A stretch of 64,000 bases of DNA from Paraspadella gotoi (Eukaryota; Animalia; Chaetognatha). This document shows, piece after piece, positions 53,989-64,000 of the stretch (positions are counted from its first letter, which is position 1; each line of letters begins with the position of its first letter). The stretch covers positions 25,447,091 through 25,511,090 of the forward strand of contig CM119265.1 in assembly GCA_051294375.1 (NCBI GenBank), given 5' to 3'. Position numbers and translations under genes: made by a program. Below the pieces are notes generated by a model. The model was given only the letters and a program-made list of their open reading frames with translations. It did no database searches and had not been told where the DNA came from.

Positions 53989-55899
53989 TAATAAAAGGGG
54001 AGAGGGGGGAGGAGGAGGAGGAGGAAGAGGGAAAAGGAGAAGTTGAGAGAGAGGAGAGATGTAGTCGGGCATTGCCTAGGTTCACCCCCCCCCTAAAAGC
54101 ATGAAACTTTCAGTTTTGACCCCGTGGCTCATTGAGTAAAGCATCAGCTCATGACCACTAGGTACCGGGTTGGATTGAACCCGGTACCTACCCTCGGGAG
54201 CGTCGAGGACGGCCGTAAGCCGCCTTGGGGCGTGGCAAACCCTCAAGCCTGGTTCCAAGCCCAGGACCCGTTCCATGGCTGCTAGAGGGGGTTATAGAAG
54301 TTATGGATAGTCATCTTCAGCCCACTTAGGCCTTATCCACAGAGAGAGAGAGATAATAAAAGATATAAGTTTAAACATAATTAAAGCGTTAAACGTTTTG
54401 ATCAATAACTCGAAAACCTCCTTTTTCAGGTCCCTCAAATGATTGATCTGATTCCTTGAAATAATTTACTCCCGCCGATAGTGTAGGGGTTTTTCCCCTT
54501 CGAGCCAACTCTGCCCATACAACCCATAAATAACCAAGGCCATACGGTCTTACCAATCCCACACCTGACCTTTTCCACACTAAACCTTCCATTGATCCCT
54601 CCCAACGCAGTCTTAGCAGCCATGACCGACCGACCGACTTTAATAAGAGTTGGTCAAAAACTCACCCCGCCTCAACCCTTTACTTACCACCGATTCCCGC
54701 TCGTCCGACGCCTTTCTTTCCTGCACCCCGACCGGCGCCCTTCATCCAAGTTTCCCCCAAAGCCGTCGGATCGGGCGTTGCCATGGCGACCCATCACGCG
54801 AATCGACTTCCCCACACGAAACCGAAATTGACGAGATTCGAGGAGACGTCCTTCGCTGTATCCTTGGCGGCATTATACGGCGAAGGATCCGCGTTGTACC
54901 GAAAAGGGGCATCGGAAGATGGGTTAGGTTCGTCGTCGTCGTTGTTGTCGTTGTTCTCTCTTTGGTCGGCGGCCAAGAGTTGAGAGTCTTTTCGAATTCT
55001 CGTCACCGAACTGAACGTTTTGTACATGTTTGATTGTTTAAATTTAGTTTATTTTAGTATTGATAAAATAGTTGATTTATTTAATTTTACTTGATTTAAT
55101 TCCTTGGCTTTAGATTCTTTAGTTTGGTGACGTTATATAAGCGAAGTTTTGTTTAAACGTTGTAGGTTTTTAGTGAGCCTCGTCACAGAGAATTGGGCGT
55201 TGGTTTAATTTTAAATGATTTAATATTAACTAGATACTTTAGTTATGTGAAAATTATCTTTGTTACCAAGGTCATCGCTAGCATCTGAGTATTAATAAGA
55301 TGATTATACTTATGAAATTGGTACAACCAATATAAAAATATCCATTCCATTATATGAAGAGTCGAACTTATGAAAAATATTCGGCTTGACTCTTTTTACT
55401 TTTTACGATCAAGTGCGATTTATCGTAAAAAATGTTTATGAAGTAAAAAGTGGAAGTTTTAAAACAGAGATTTAGTTAAAAATACGTTAAACTTGCTGCA
55501 TCAAAATTAGGGGAAAAATCAAGAAATGAATTCAAAGGGGGAAAGAAACTGTCGAAGAAAAAAAATCAAACAAAGGAAAAGTAAAGAATAAGTTTTTAAG
55601 ATTAAGATGAAAATATTAAATATCAATATTAAATATAAAAAAATATCGAATATTATTTTTTTGTTGAAACAATGTTCGCTTATAACGAATTTAATTTCGG
55701 TTTCATTACAAATTTGCAAACTTAATCACCGATTAAGTCCCGCGTTTGGATTTTGATTCGATCTTTCACAGAAACTTCACTAATCACGAATCACAACACC
55801 GATAATCGAGAGATCGAATTTCCAAAAAAAAAAGAGCAAAAGTTCTCTCACCTGTTACATCACTATCTCCCCGATTTCTATATGAGTGGAATCAGACAT
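53811..55899 (-). CDS. 5' half (exons 1-3) of an uncharacterised multi-pass membrane protein gene, in inverted orientation. Exons ~55899-55852, 55010-54688, 53928-53811
   Basis: Phases 2 and 1 match across the two introns. Exon 3 encodes APRHDPLYLFFLVLCLLVHLFSIVLFLLMVHGGSDYKRT and ends TG|GT, which fits the + strand exon starting at 56673. Exon 2 needs compensating indels. An alternative in-frame ATG exists at 55027. Confidence 0.6.
54060..54341 (+). mobile_element. Second full copy of the tRNA-containing TG...CA element (282 bp), GAGA flanks
   Basis: gaga|TGTAGTCGGGC...CCTTATCCACA|gaga. Reverse complement of 35294-35562 with the hairpin loop inverted. Confidence 0.8.
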
Positions 55900-56362
55900 A
55901 TTTCACTAAGTAGCTTTTTGTTTTTTGAGATTTAATTTTTGTTTTGTTTATTTTTTTGAGTTTTTTTTTTTTCGCTTTATTTGTTTTTTGATCTGTTGCT
56001 GAAGAAGAGTCTGTTTCTTTTTATCTTGGTTTTTTTTTTTTTTTTTTTCCGCCTCCGCCTTGTGATTCACTGAAGGATTGGAGTAGAAAGAAGAGAGGAG
56101 AGAGAGACGAGAGAGAAGTAGAGAGAAAAGAGAGAATAGAGAGATATTGACAATCGAACCTCGGTCAGGTCGATAATGCTACTATATATCGGTATTGTAC
56201 AACAATAAAATCTCTGTAGACTAAAATATTCTTTTCAAATGTCTGTTGATTTCTTTAATTCGTATTAATATTGATAATTAATATTATTATCAATTAATTA
56301 TTAATATTATTTTAATTAAAAAAAAATCATGATAAATTTCTAAAATTTAAGAATATTAAAAA
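55345..56362 (-). repeat. Inverted duplication, arm 2 (noisier copy of 52616-53688)
   Basis: Reverse-complement match with scattered single-base indels. Confidence 0.9.
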
Positions 56363-56672
56363 AATAAAGTATTACTATGATCATTATTTTTGAACTTTAA
56401 TATTATTATAATTAACCTAAACACCGTAAGACTATTCAATATTTTGAAAAATCGCCATAAATTTACTAAATTATGAAATGATAAGTGTACGGCCCCATTA
56501 ACAGCCTAACGGTTAAAAATAAAATTTTTAGTACATTTTATCTTTTACTTTTTTCAGTTTGTTGTGGTTGAAATATACAGAAAATAAGTTTTTATTTGTT
56601 TAATGTAAAATTAGTTATAAATTGTTTTACATCTTTTATCAAATCAAAGTTATATACTTTCTTGTTCAACAG

Positions 56673-58776
56673 GTTTGGATCGAGACAGAGAGACATCTTC
56701 CGAAATTCAACGCTTTGGATTCATCCCAGTCAAAACGGAGACAATCTCTGGTTTATGTTGCAGATTTTCGCGGGGATGTGGATTGTCTATGCAGCATCGA
56801 CGGTGTGCAGAGAAGGTAAGTGTGGGGGAAAAGTGTGTTCAGTGTGAGCTTGTTATTATCTTGTAAGGGGCTTGGAGGCCTTGAACCACCATCGTCTGTC
56901 CGAAGTCAGGGTTAAGATAGCTTATTCAATATTCATTTATGGAATAGATCATTTTCGTATTGCAATTTTCATATGTAATAAATGGACTGAAATACAATAT
57001 GATTATTGTTGGAATTATTAATTAGAAAAATAACTGTAAAAAATAAAAGAAATAATTAAAAATAAAAATAAAAATATTAAATATTAAAATATTAAAGAAA
57101 GATTTCCTTTCTTACTCCCCAATCCCATTTCGTTTTTTCCAGGCGACGGCGGTCCACTCTACATCCGCCCGGGCGTCATCCCGCGTTCGACCTTCGTCCT
57201 CGGATCTTCGCCCTACTCTGCTTCGAGCGCGACGCCCTTCGTAGCGGCGCAACTCGACGATCCTTTCTCTCCTGCCCTTTCTGCGTTGCAGCGGCTGCTT
57301 CGCCGCGCTCTCCCTGCAGCGCAGCGCCCTTCACTTGGCTGAGATAAAGGATTGGCTGCTGCAGAGATCGTTCGTCGATTTGAAGCTGAGCGGTGCTTTG
57401 GCCATTTCTTGTGAGTCGAGAATGAATGAATGGATTAAATTAATGAAATGAATGAATGGATTGAATTAATGAATAAATGAATGGAATGAATGGTATGAAT
57501 GAATGGAATGAATGAAGCATGAAATGAATGAATGGAATTATTGAATGAAATCTAATGAATTGATATGTAGATGGATAAGATGGTTAGATGGACGGATTGA
57601 TGAATTGATGGGGTGCAATTGATTGGTTGATAGATTTATCACAACTTTTTTTAGTCCGACAAAATACAAAGAGATTAATTTTTTACGTAAAAATCAATGA
57701 TAACATAATGATTAACTAATTATCCGATAATAATTCTTTCCCCCTGGTCCAGCCCTTCCGCATTCGTTGCTCTTAACGTTTATCTGATCTTCACTTCGTT
57801 TTGCGGTTTGTTTGTCGATTTGGATCTCGTTTCCATGGAGACATCATGCACCACGGGTCTGGTCATCCTGGCCGTGCTCGTCTTGGCAGGCTTCTTTGTA
57901 AAGGAGACGATGGTTGCGTGAGAGAAGTTAGAGAAGCTGAGGTTTTCTTGCTTAACAGTTAATACAATTTAGTTATTATCTATTTTTTTTAAATCAAAAA
58001 ATAATTTATCACTGCAATTTTCATTTTAGATTTACTTTCTTATCTTTACCAATAAAATAATTCACGGAAATAAAGGTTTCAGGAGAATATGGCTACGGGA
58101 AGACATGCGCGATGGCCGGGGTGTGAGGCATCTCCCGACGAGCTGGCGCTCAAGGCTTTGGACCTGCAGTGACCACCACCGTGTCACTGGCGTGTTTTAT
58201 GCGCGACAACCATCACACTTTAACCAGCGTGACCGTGAGGGGATATAGAACCCGAAACTCACGGTTGGTGAACGAGTACTTAGCTGTCCAAGCGGCAGTT
58301 TCACAAGATATACGGGAGGCGAATTAATTATTCGCCAACAAGTTAAATTTTCACCGGATATAATTATGGTTAATGATTTACTCTTTACTAATCATCGACA
58401 TTAAACATTGACTGCAATTTAACATACATAACAAACTAATAGATAATATATTAACTCCCATCAACCAACAGTTGAAATCCTCTTCTTTCGACCGCATTCT
58501 CCGTCAATTGTCCGGTCACTACTTCTTCCTCACCGTGATGTTGGTCCTTCGTCTTCCTCAACCTCCGTGACTCCGCAAGATTCCGTCTTTCACAAAATCA
58601 ATCTGACCACCATTGTGTTGACGTCCATTCTCGCTGTGGGCAAGATTGTGGTCGGCGCGTGGAGAGAGAGGAGGGAGAAGAGGATGAGAGAGAGAGGGGA
58701 AGGGGAGGATCACAGGACGCAGTTTGGTATTAAGTTACAATCTTTAGGACCATCAAAAGTAAGCATAAACATTTAG
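56673..58776 (+). CDS. 3' half (exons 4-7) of the multi-pass membrane protein gene. Exons 56673-56815, 57143-57410, ~57753-57897, ~58472-58776; the last three contain indel errors
   Basis: FGSRQRDIFRNSTLWIHPSQNGDNLWFMLQIFAGMWIVYAASTVCRE/GDGGPLY ... SMETSCTTGLVILAVLVLAGFF ... EILFFDRILR ... ILAVGKIVVGAWR. This follows, as recalled, the uncharacterised animal ~7-8 TM family with ITPAGWTFSIWG.IY.WQ..W..Y..STICRR...GPLY (zebrafish si:ch211-161h7-type proteins). Confidence 0.65.
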
Positions 58777-60179
58777 GGGACGTAGACCTTCATGAAACAA
58801 TCAATTTTTTTATTATTTAATAATATCCTTTAAAAAAATTGGTGTCATCGCTTTGAGATAAAAGTAATATATCAGGTGTTTAAGAGGGATTGGTCGGGCG
58901 GCAGTGTAATAACCAAGAGGGTGTGACTTCAAAGCAAGAGGCGATTGGAATTGAGCCCTGATGGCTTTTTAACTTCCCACCTTAATATATGATTGAAGCA
59001 CCTACGGGTCAAAACTGAACAGTTTTTTATAGCTATCTTTAAGGGGGGTTCGGTGTTTGAACTTCTCTTAACTGGCAATTGCTGTCCTTCTAATCTTATC
59101 TTACTACCTGTGGATACTATCTCAAAGTCCAGAGCTTTGTCCCTGCACATTCTTTTTCTTGGTTCGCTTCTACTTTTTTTTTTCTCTTTTCGTTTAGGTG
59201 GCGTCAAATGGATCCGGGCCTCATAAACTTCCGCTCCGCGCAGGTAATCCAATCCTTCGCTATATCTCTCATATTATCTTATTCTCACTATGGCTCTCCT
59301 TCCCCCTCTCCTGCACCCTCTCTTACTCCAGCTCTCAGCTAACGATCTCTTATCTCTTCTCCTCGTACCTCATTTGCTCCTCGTTCCATTTTCTTCTCCC
59401 ATCGTACGCCCTTCTTTCATCAATACGTCATGTTTCCGTGGGATGGACTACAAAGGCGAAACCTTGGTGGGCTTGAAATATTTTTTGTTTTTAAAAATAT
59501 TATATCACTGAAAAGGTAATGTTAAAAATCTTAAAATTACGTGATGTAAGATTAGGCGAAAAGTGGTGGAAAGAAGATAAGTATTTACTATGATTTTCAT
59601 TATTTTGATAAATTCTTTAATATTATCATCAATTTAATCTATCTCAAAACAACTGTAAAAAATTCTATCTTTTTAATATATTATCTCTTCAATAAAATCC
59701 AATGGAAATCGGGTCATTTATTCCTAATTTCCCTAGCAATTTACTATCAGCAACCAATTCAAAATTTACTATTCATTGAGAGCTGTATACCGGCCACCTT
59801 CCTTATTACTTACTCCTCATTCGTCATTCATCAGAGTTTATAATTCTTTAATTCAGCTCTCTTCGGCAAGGCAAAATATACACAATTTTTAGTACATTTT
59901 TCTTCACTTTTTCCAAGTTTTGCATTCGTGCAACGTATTGAAAATATTCAACCACGAAAACTAATTAGTTTTTTATCTTGTTCGAACCGTAAACTCTTAG
60001 ATTTAAAATTGTTTCACTCAATCTCTTTATCAAAATCAAAAAGTTATATAACCTGTCTTGTATCGTTTACTTCCTCATTTTTATTCACAATTTCAACTCA
60101 CGTTTTACATTCAATATTTGTTTTAGAGAATCGCACGAAAACACGAGAGCGCACTCGAGTTCCCGTTACAAAACCGCCT

Positions 60180-62900
60180 TTTTTGGATACAATCGCCCAC
60201 CACGTCAAACACGGAGAACAATTTCTGGTTTATAGTTGGCCAGATTTTCCGCCGGCGGATTGTGGATTGTCCCTATGCGCATCGCGACCGGTGTGGCAGA
60301 GAAGGTAAGTGTGGGGGAAAAAAGTGTGTTCAGTGTGGCTTTGTTTATTATCTTGTAAAGGCTTGGAGGCCTTGAACCAACAATTCGCCTCGTCCGAAGT
60401 CAGGGTTCAAGATAGCTTGATTCATTTTATGGAATGATCATTTTCTATTGCAATTTTTCATATGTAATCAAATCAGATACACTGAAATACAATAATGATT
60501 AATTGTTGGATATTATTATTCATTCCACGAGCGAAGCCAAGCTAAACCATGTACTCTACAATCCACAATAAACAGAAATTAATTCAAAAATACAATATAT
60601 TCCAATTATTTAAAATATATTACATATACTTTAACAGAAAGCATTATTCTCTCTCTTTACCTATCTGCCAAACTCAGGCCCCACACTTTTTCCCCACCAC
60701 TTAGTGCCGTTTTTTCTTTCCCTAACCTTAGGTTTTCTTCTTCACACTTATCTCAATTCGCTTAAGTAATTTTTAAATTCTTCTTCGTTCACGTCTTTAA
60801 TTTTCATACGTTAGATAATTTGGTATTATCTCAGTGTTTTTTTTTTTTTTTTTTTTTTTATATTTTTATTTATTTTTTTTTTTGTTGCGGTTTTTCATTT
60901 CGGGTTTGAATCTTCACTTCTGGTTATTGAGATAAGGAATCCAAAACGACAGTTTCACGAATCACTCTGACCAATCACGGAGCCTGTCGTTTTTTGATAT
61001 CGAGTTGTTTTTTTTCAACTGCTCTCCACGATATTCGACGCCGTCTGTCCCAGGAAAAAACATAATTTAACGACTAACAATAAATGTTCTGATTTAAACA
61101 TTTTACTGGCTAAATGAACAGCGGACTTAAGCATTCATTTAAGGGAGTTATCCTACCAATGGATCGAAAATAAATAGAGTTATTAAAAAAAATAATTTAT
61201 AGGAACTATAAAAACGTTCGTCTCGATGGTCAATTATTCGCCTTTTCCTGGCTAATTCATATAGCACCAATCCAAATTTGTTTCTAGTGGTTCTCAACTT
61301 TTCTAAGGATTATGGAGGGGTCATAAAAGTGGGAAATCTTAAAAGGTCCCTCTCTTCAAAGCAATCAGCGATCTCTCAATGAGGGACATTTATGAAGTCA
61401 TTGATCACTTGAAATTCATAACGTAGTATCGGCGGGGAGCTATGGAGCGTTGAGGGGGCTTGTAGCCGGCCGCTGACGTTCCTTTCCTGTCCTTTCTCGT
61501 TGCCCGCGCTGTTGCCGCGCTCATCATCCTGCAGCGCGCGCCCTTCACTTAGGCTGTGAGATAGGATTGGCTGCTGCGAGCATCGTCTCGTCGATTTGAC
61601 GCTGAGCGGCTGGCTTTGGCCTTTCCTTGTGAAGTCGAGATGCTCTGGTTATTATGATGTGATGGATTGAATAATGGATATGTGGAATGTGGTATGATGA
61701 TGGAATAATGAAGCATGAATGAATGACTGGTTATGAATGAAATCTAAATGAAATTGATATGTAGATGGATAGATGGTTTAGATGGACGGATTGATGATTG
61801 ATGGGCGTGGCAATTGATTGGTTGATAGATTTAATCACTTTTTTAGGTCGTACAATCAAAGAGATTAATTTTTTAACGTAAAAAATCAATGATATATGAT
61901 TACTAATTTCGCGTTATTTTTTCCGCCTGGTCCAGCCCTTCCGCTTCGTTTGCTTCAACGTTTATCTGATTTCAACTTCGTTTTTGCGGTTTGTTTGTCG
62001 ATTTGATCTCGTTTCATGGAGACATCATGCACCACGGGTCTGGTCATCCTGGCCGTGCTCGTCTTGGGAGGCTTCTTTTTTGTTAAGGAGACATGGTTGC
62101 GTGAGAGAAGTTAGAGAAGCTGAGGTTTTCTTGCTTAAAACAGTTAATACAATTGAGGTTATTAATTTATTTTTTTAAATAAAAAATATATTATATGCAT
62201 TTTCATTTTAGATTTACTTTCTTTATCTTACCAAAAATAATTCACGGAAATGAAGGAGGTTTTCAGGAGAATATTGCTTACGGGAAGAATGCGCATGGCC
62301 GGGGTGTCGAGGCATCTCCCGACAGCTGGCGCTCAAAGGCCTTTGGACCTGCAGTGACCACCCCGTGTCACTGGCGTGTTTATGGCGACAACCATGAACT
62401 TTAACCAGCGTGACCGATGAGGGGATTAGAACCGCGAAACTCACGGTTGGTGAACGAGTACTGTAGCTTCCAAGCGAGTTTTCACCAAGATATAGGGGGC
62501 GATTAAATATTCGCCCACAAGTTTAAATTTTTCAAAAAAAAATCACACAATCAGGATATAATTATGGTTAATGATTTACTTCTTTACTAATACTCGACAT
62601 TAAACCATTGACTCTGCAATTTAACATACATAACAAACTTAAGTGATAATTATAAACTCTCCATCAACCAAACAGTTGAAATCCTCCTTCTTTATCGAAC
62701 CGCATTCTCGCGTCAATGTCCGGTCACTACTTTTCTCACAGTGATGTTGGTTCCTCCTCGTCTCCTCAATCCGTGACTTCTGGCAAGTTCGTCTTTCAGC
62801 AAAATCAATCTGAACCCCATTGTGTTGACGTCAATTCTCCGCTGTGGGCAAGATTGTGGTCGGCGGCGGTGGAAGAGAGGAGGGAGAAGAGGATGAGAGA
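60180..62900 (+). repeat. Noisy partial direct duplicates of the membrane gene's 3' half (60180-60515 matches ~56715-57020; 61465-62900 matches ~57240-58700)
   Basis: Colinear exon and intron identity with many indels. Abrupt junctions with unrelated sequence. A 25-N gap follows at 63186. Confidence 0.85.
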
Positions 62901-63660
62901 GAAGAGGGGAGGGTAGGATAGAAGGGAGAACAGGAGAAGAAGAGCGGGAAGAGTAGAGGGAATAAGAGGAGGGAGAGAGGAGGAGAGAGAGAGGGGAAGA
63001 GTATAGAGGGAGAAGAGGGAGAGAGAGGGGGATAAGGGGAGGAGTAGAGGGAGGAAGAGGAGGAGAGAGAGAGGGAAGGGGAGAAGCAGAGTAGAGGGAG
63101 AAAGTAGGAGGAGAAGGCGAGGTTGAGACTGTTTGGCTCTTGGATGTGTACTTTTCCTTTGAATGTCGTCGTGAATTAAAATAATNNNNNNNNNNNNNNN
63201 NNNNNNNNNNATGTCGCGTGAATAAAATAATTGTTTTTGTTGGAAATTCTTTTCCAATTTATTCTAAAATAAAACCCCTTAAAAATGACATGTTAGTCAT
63301 TCTCGATTGGTTGTTCAATATCCAGAGACTAGTCGTAAGTTAGATATGTATAAAAAATCCAAAATTTTGGCGACAAACTTAAAATTAAATTCTCTGAAAG
63401 ACTCGCTTCTGTTTATGACAAATTTGAACTTCGATCAGTTGACATTATCTCTCAGCGCGAATCGATTTCAGGCAGATTAGGTCTTAATAACGAAAAAAAA
63501 ACTTCAGATCTTTCCTACTTTTATAAATGATTTATTAGCAAGTTTAAAAAAAAAATAATAACAAGAAAACGCATGTTTTAGTAATTAATATCCGTTGCCA
63601 ACTGTGTTACAATTCGCTCTAATTTTTAGCACGTTATCCTTTTATCTAAACACTTCAATA

Positions 63661-64000
63661 ATGTATCGAACCTTCAACCCCGTGACGCTGACCAAACTGC
63701 GCAAGTTTTCGTCGAGCCTGTCTTCAAGGAAAGGTTCCAGCTCGAGCCAGACGAGCCCCAGCAGTCCGTCCATCCAAGATTCCGTCAGATCCGGAGACGT
63801 CATCAATTTTGGTTTCGTCGTTGACGAAAATGACGCCGACGGGACGACGACGACGACGACGACGACGACGAATGTCTCGGCGATGGAATTTTCCAACAAC
63901 GTCGCAGATGGTATTTGCGGTGGATAGTCATTGGCAGCAACTGAGAGAATCATTGCTATTTCTGTTTTTTTTTTAGGCGACAGAAGGCGGTTGACAGTAG
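63661..64000 (+). CDS. 5' end of an unidentified spliced gene. Exon 63661-63910, next exon from 63977 running off the window
   Basis: GC-rich ORF MYRTFNPVTLTKLRKFS...VINFGFVVDEND...NNVAD with a phase-1 GT-AG intron at 63911-63976. Shares short motifs with the ORF at 54794-55027. Confidence 0.55.

Noticed and set aside
53798-54046. Acidic + strand ORF (EEEEDDGEE...)
   Set aside because: It is the antisense shadow of the hydrophobic minus-strand exon 53928-53811, and its phase does not fit the upstream + exon.
60180-62900. A genuine second paralogous gene copy
   Set aside because: Introns are as similar as exons, differences are mainly indels and junctions are abrupt. This fits redundant reads or a haplotype rather than a diverged gene.

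Overview
Draft assembly of an AT-rich, (AG)n-rich, intron-containing genome, probably an invertebrate animal. It has about 14 N-gaps and long stretches that look like unpolished long-read gap fill (indels, C drop-outs, duplicated flanks). Four spliced genes can be built from GT-AG sites with consistent phases. (1) A TMEM268-like gene (+, ~32.4-37.3 kb). (2) A 1007-aa mostly low-complexity protein ending in a MYND zinc finger (+, 41658-46515). (3) A 7-exon minus-strand gene (47195-52129) in which two DZANK1-like blocks splice in frame to a complete four-repeat annexin core, with no zinc ribbons or ankyrin repeats; this is the main finding. One of its introns holds ~16 tandem 52-bp copies of the exon end plus splice donor. 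(4) A multi-pass membrane protein gene whose exons 1-3 lie on the minus strand and exons 4-7 on the plus strand, most likely because a contig is inverted. A fifth gene starts at 63661. Also present: a ~270-bp TG...CA element in three copies with an internal tRNA-Met-like Pol III module whose B-box loop is flipped in one copy, a tRNA-Lys-derived SINE-like element, a ~70-bp satellite and several minisatellites. Family names come from motifs recalled by eye; no database searches were run.
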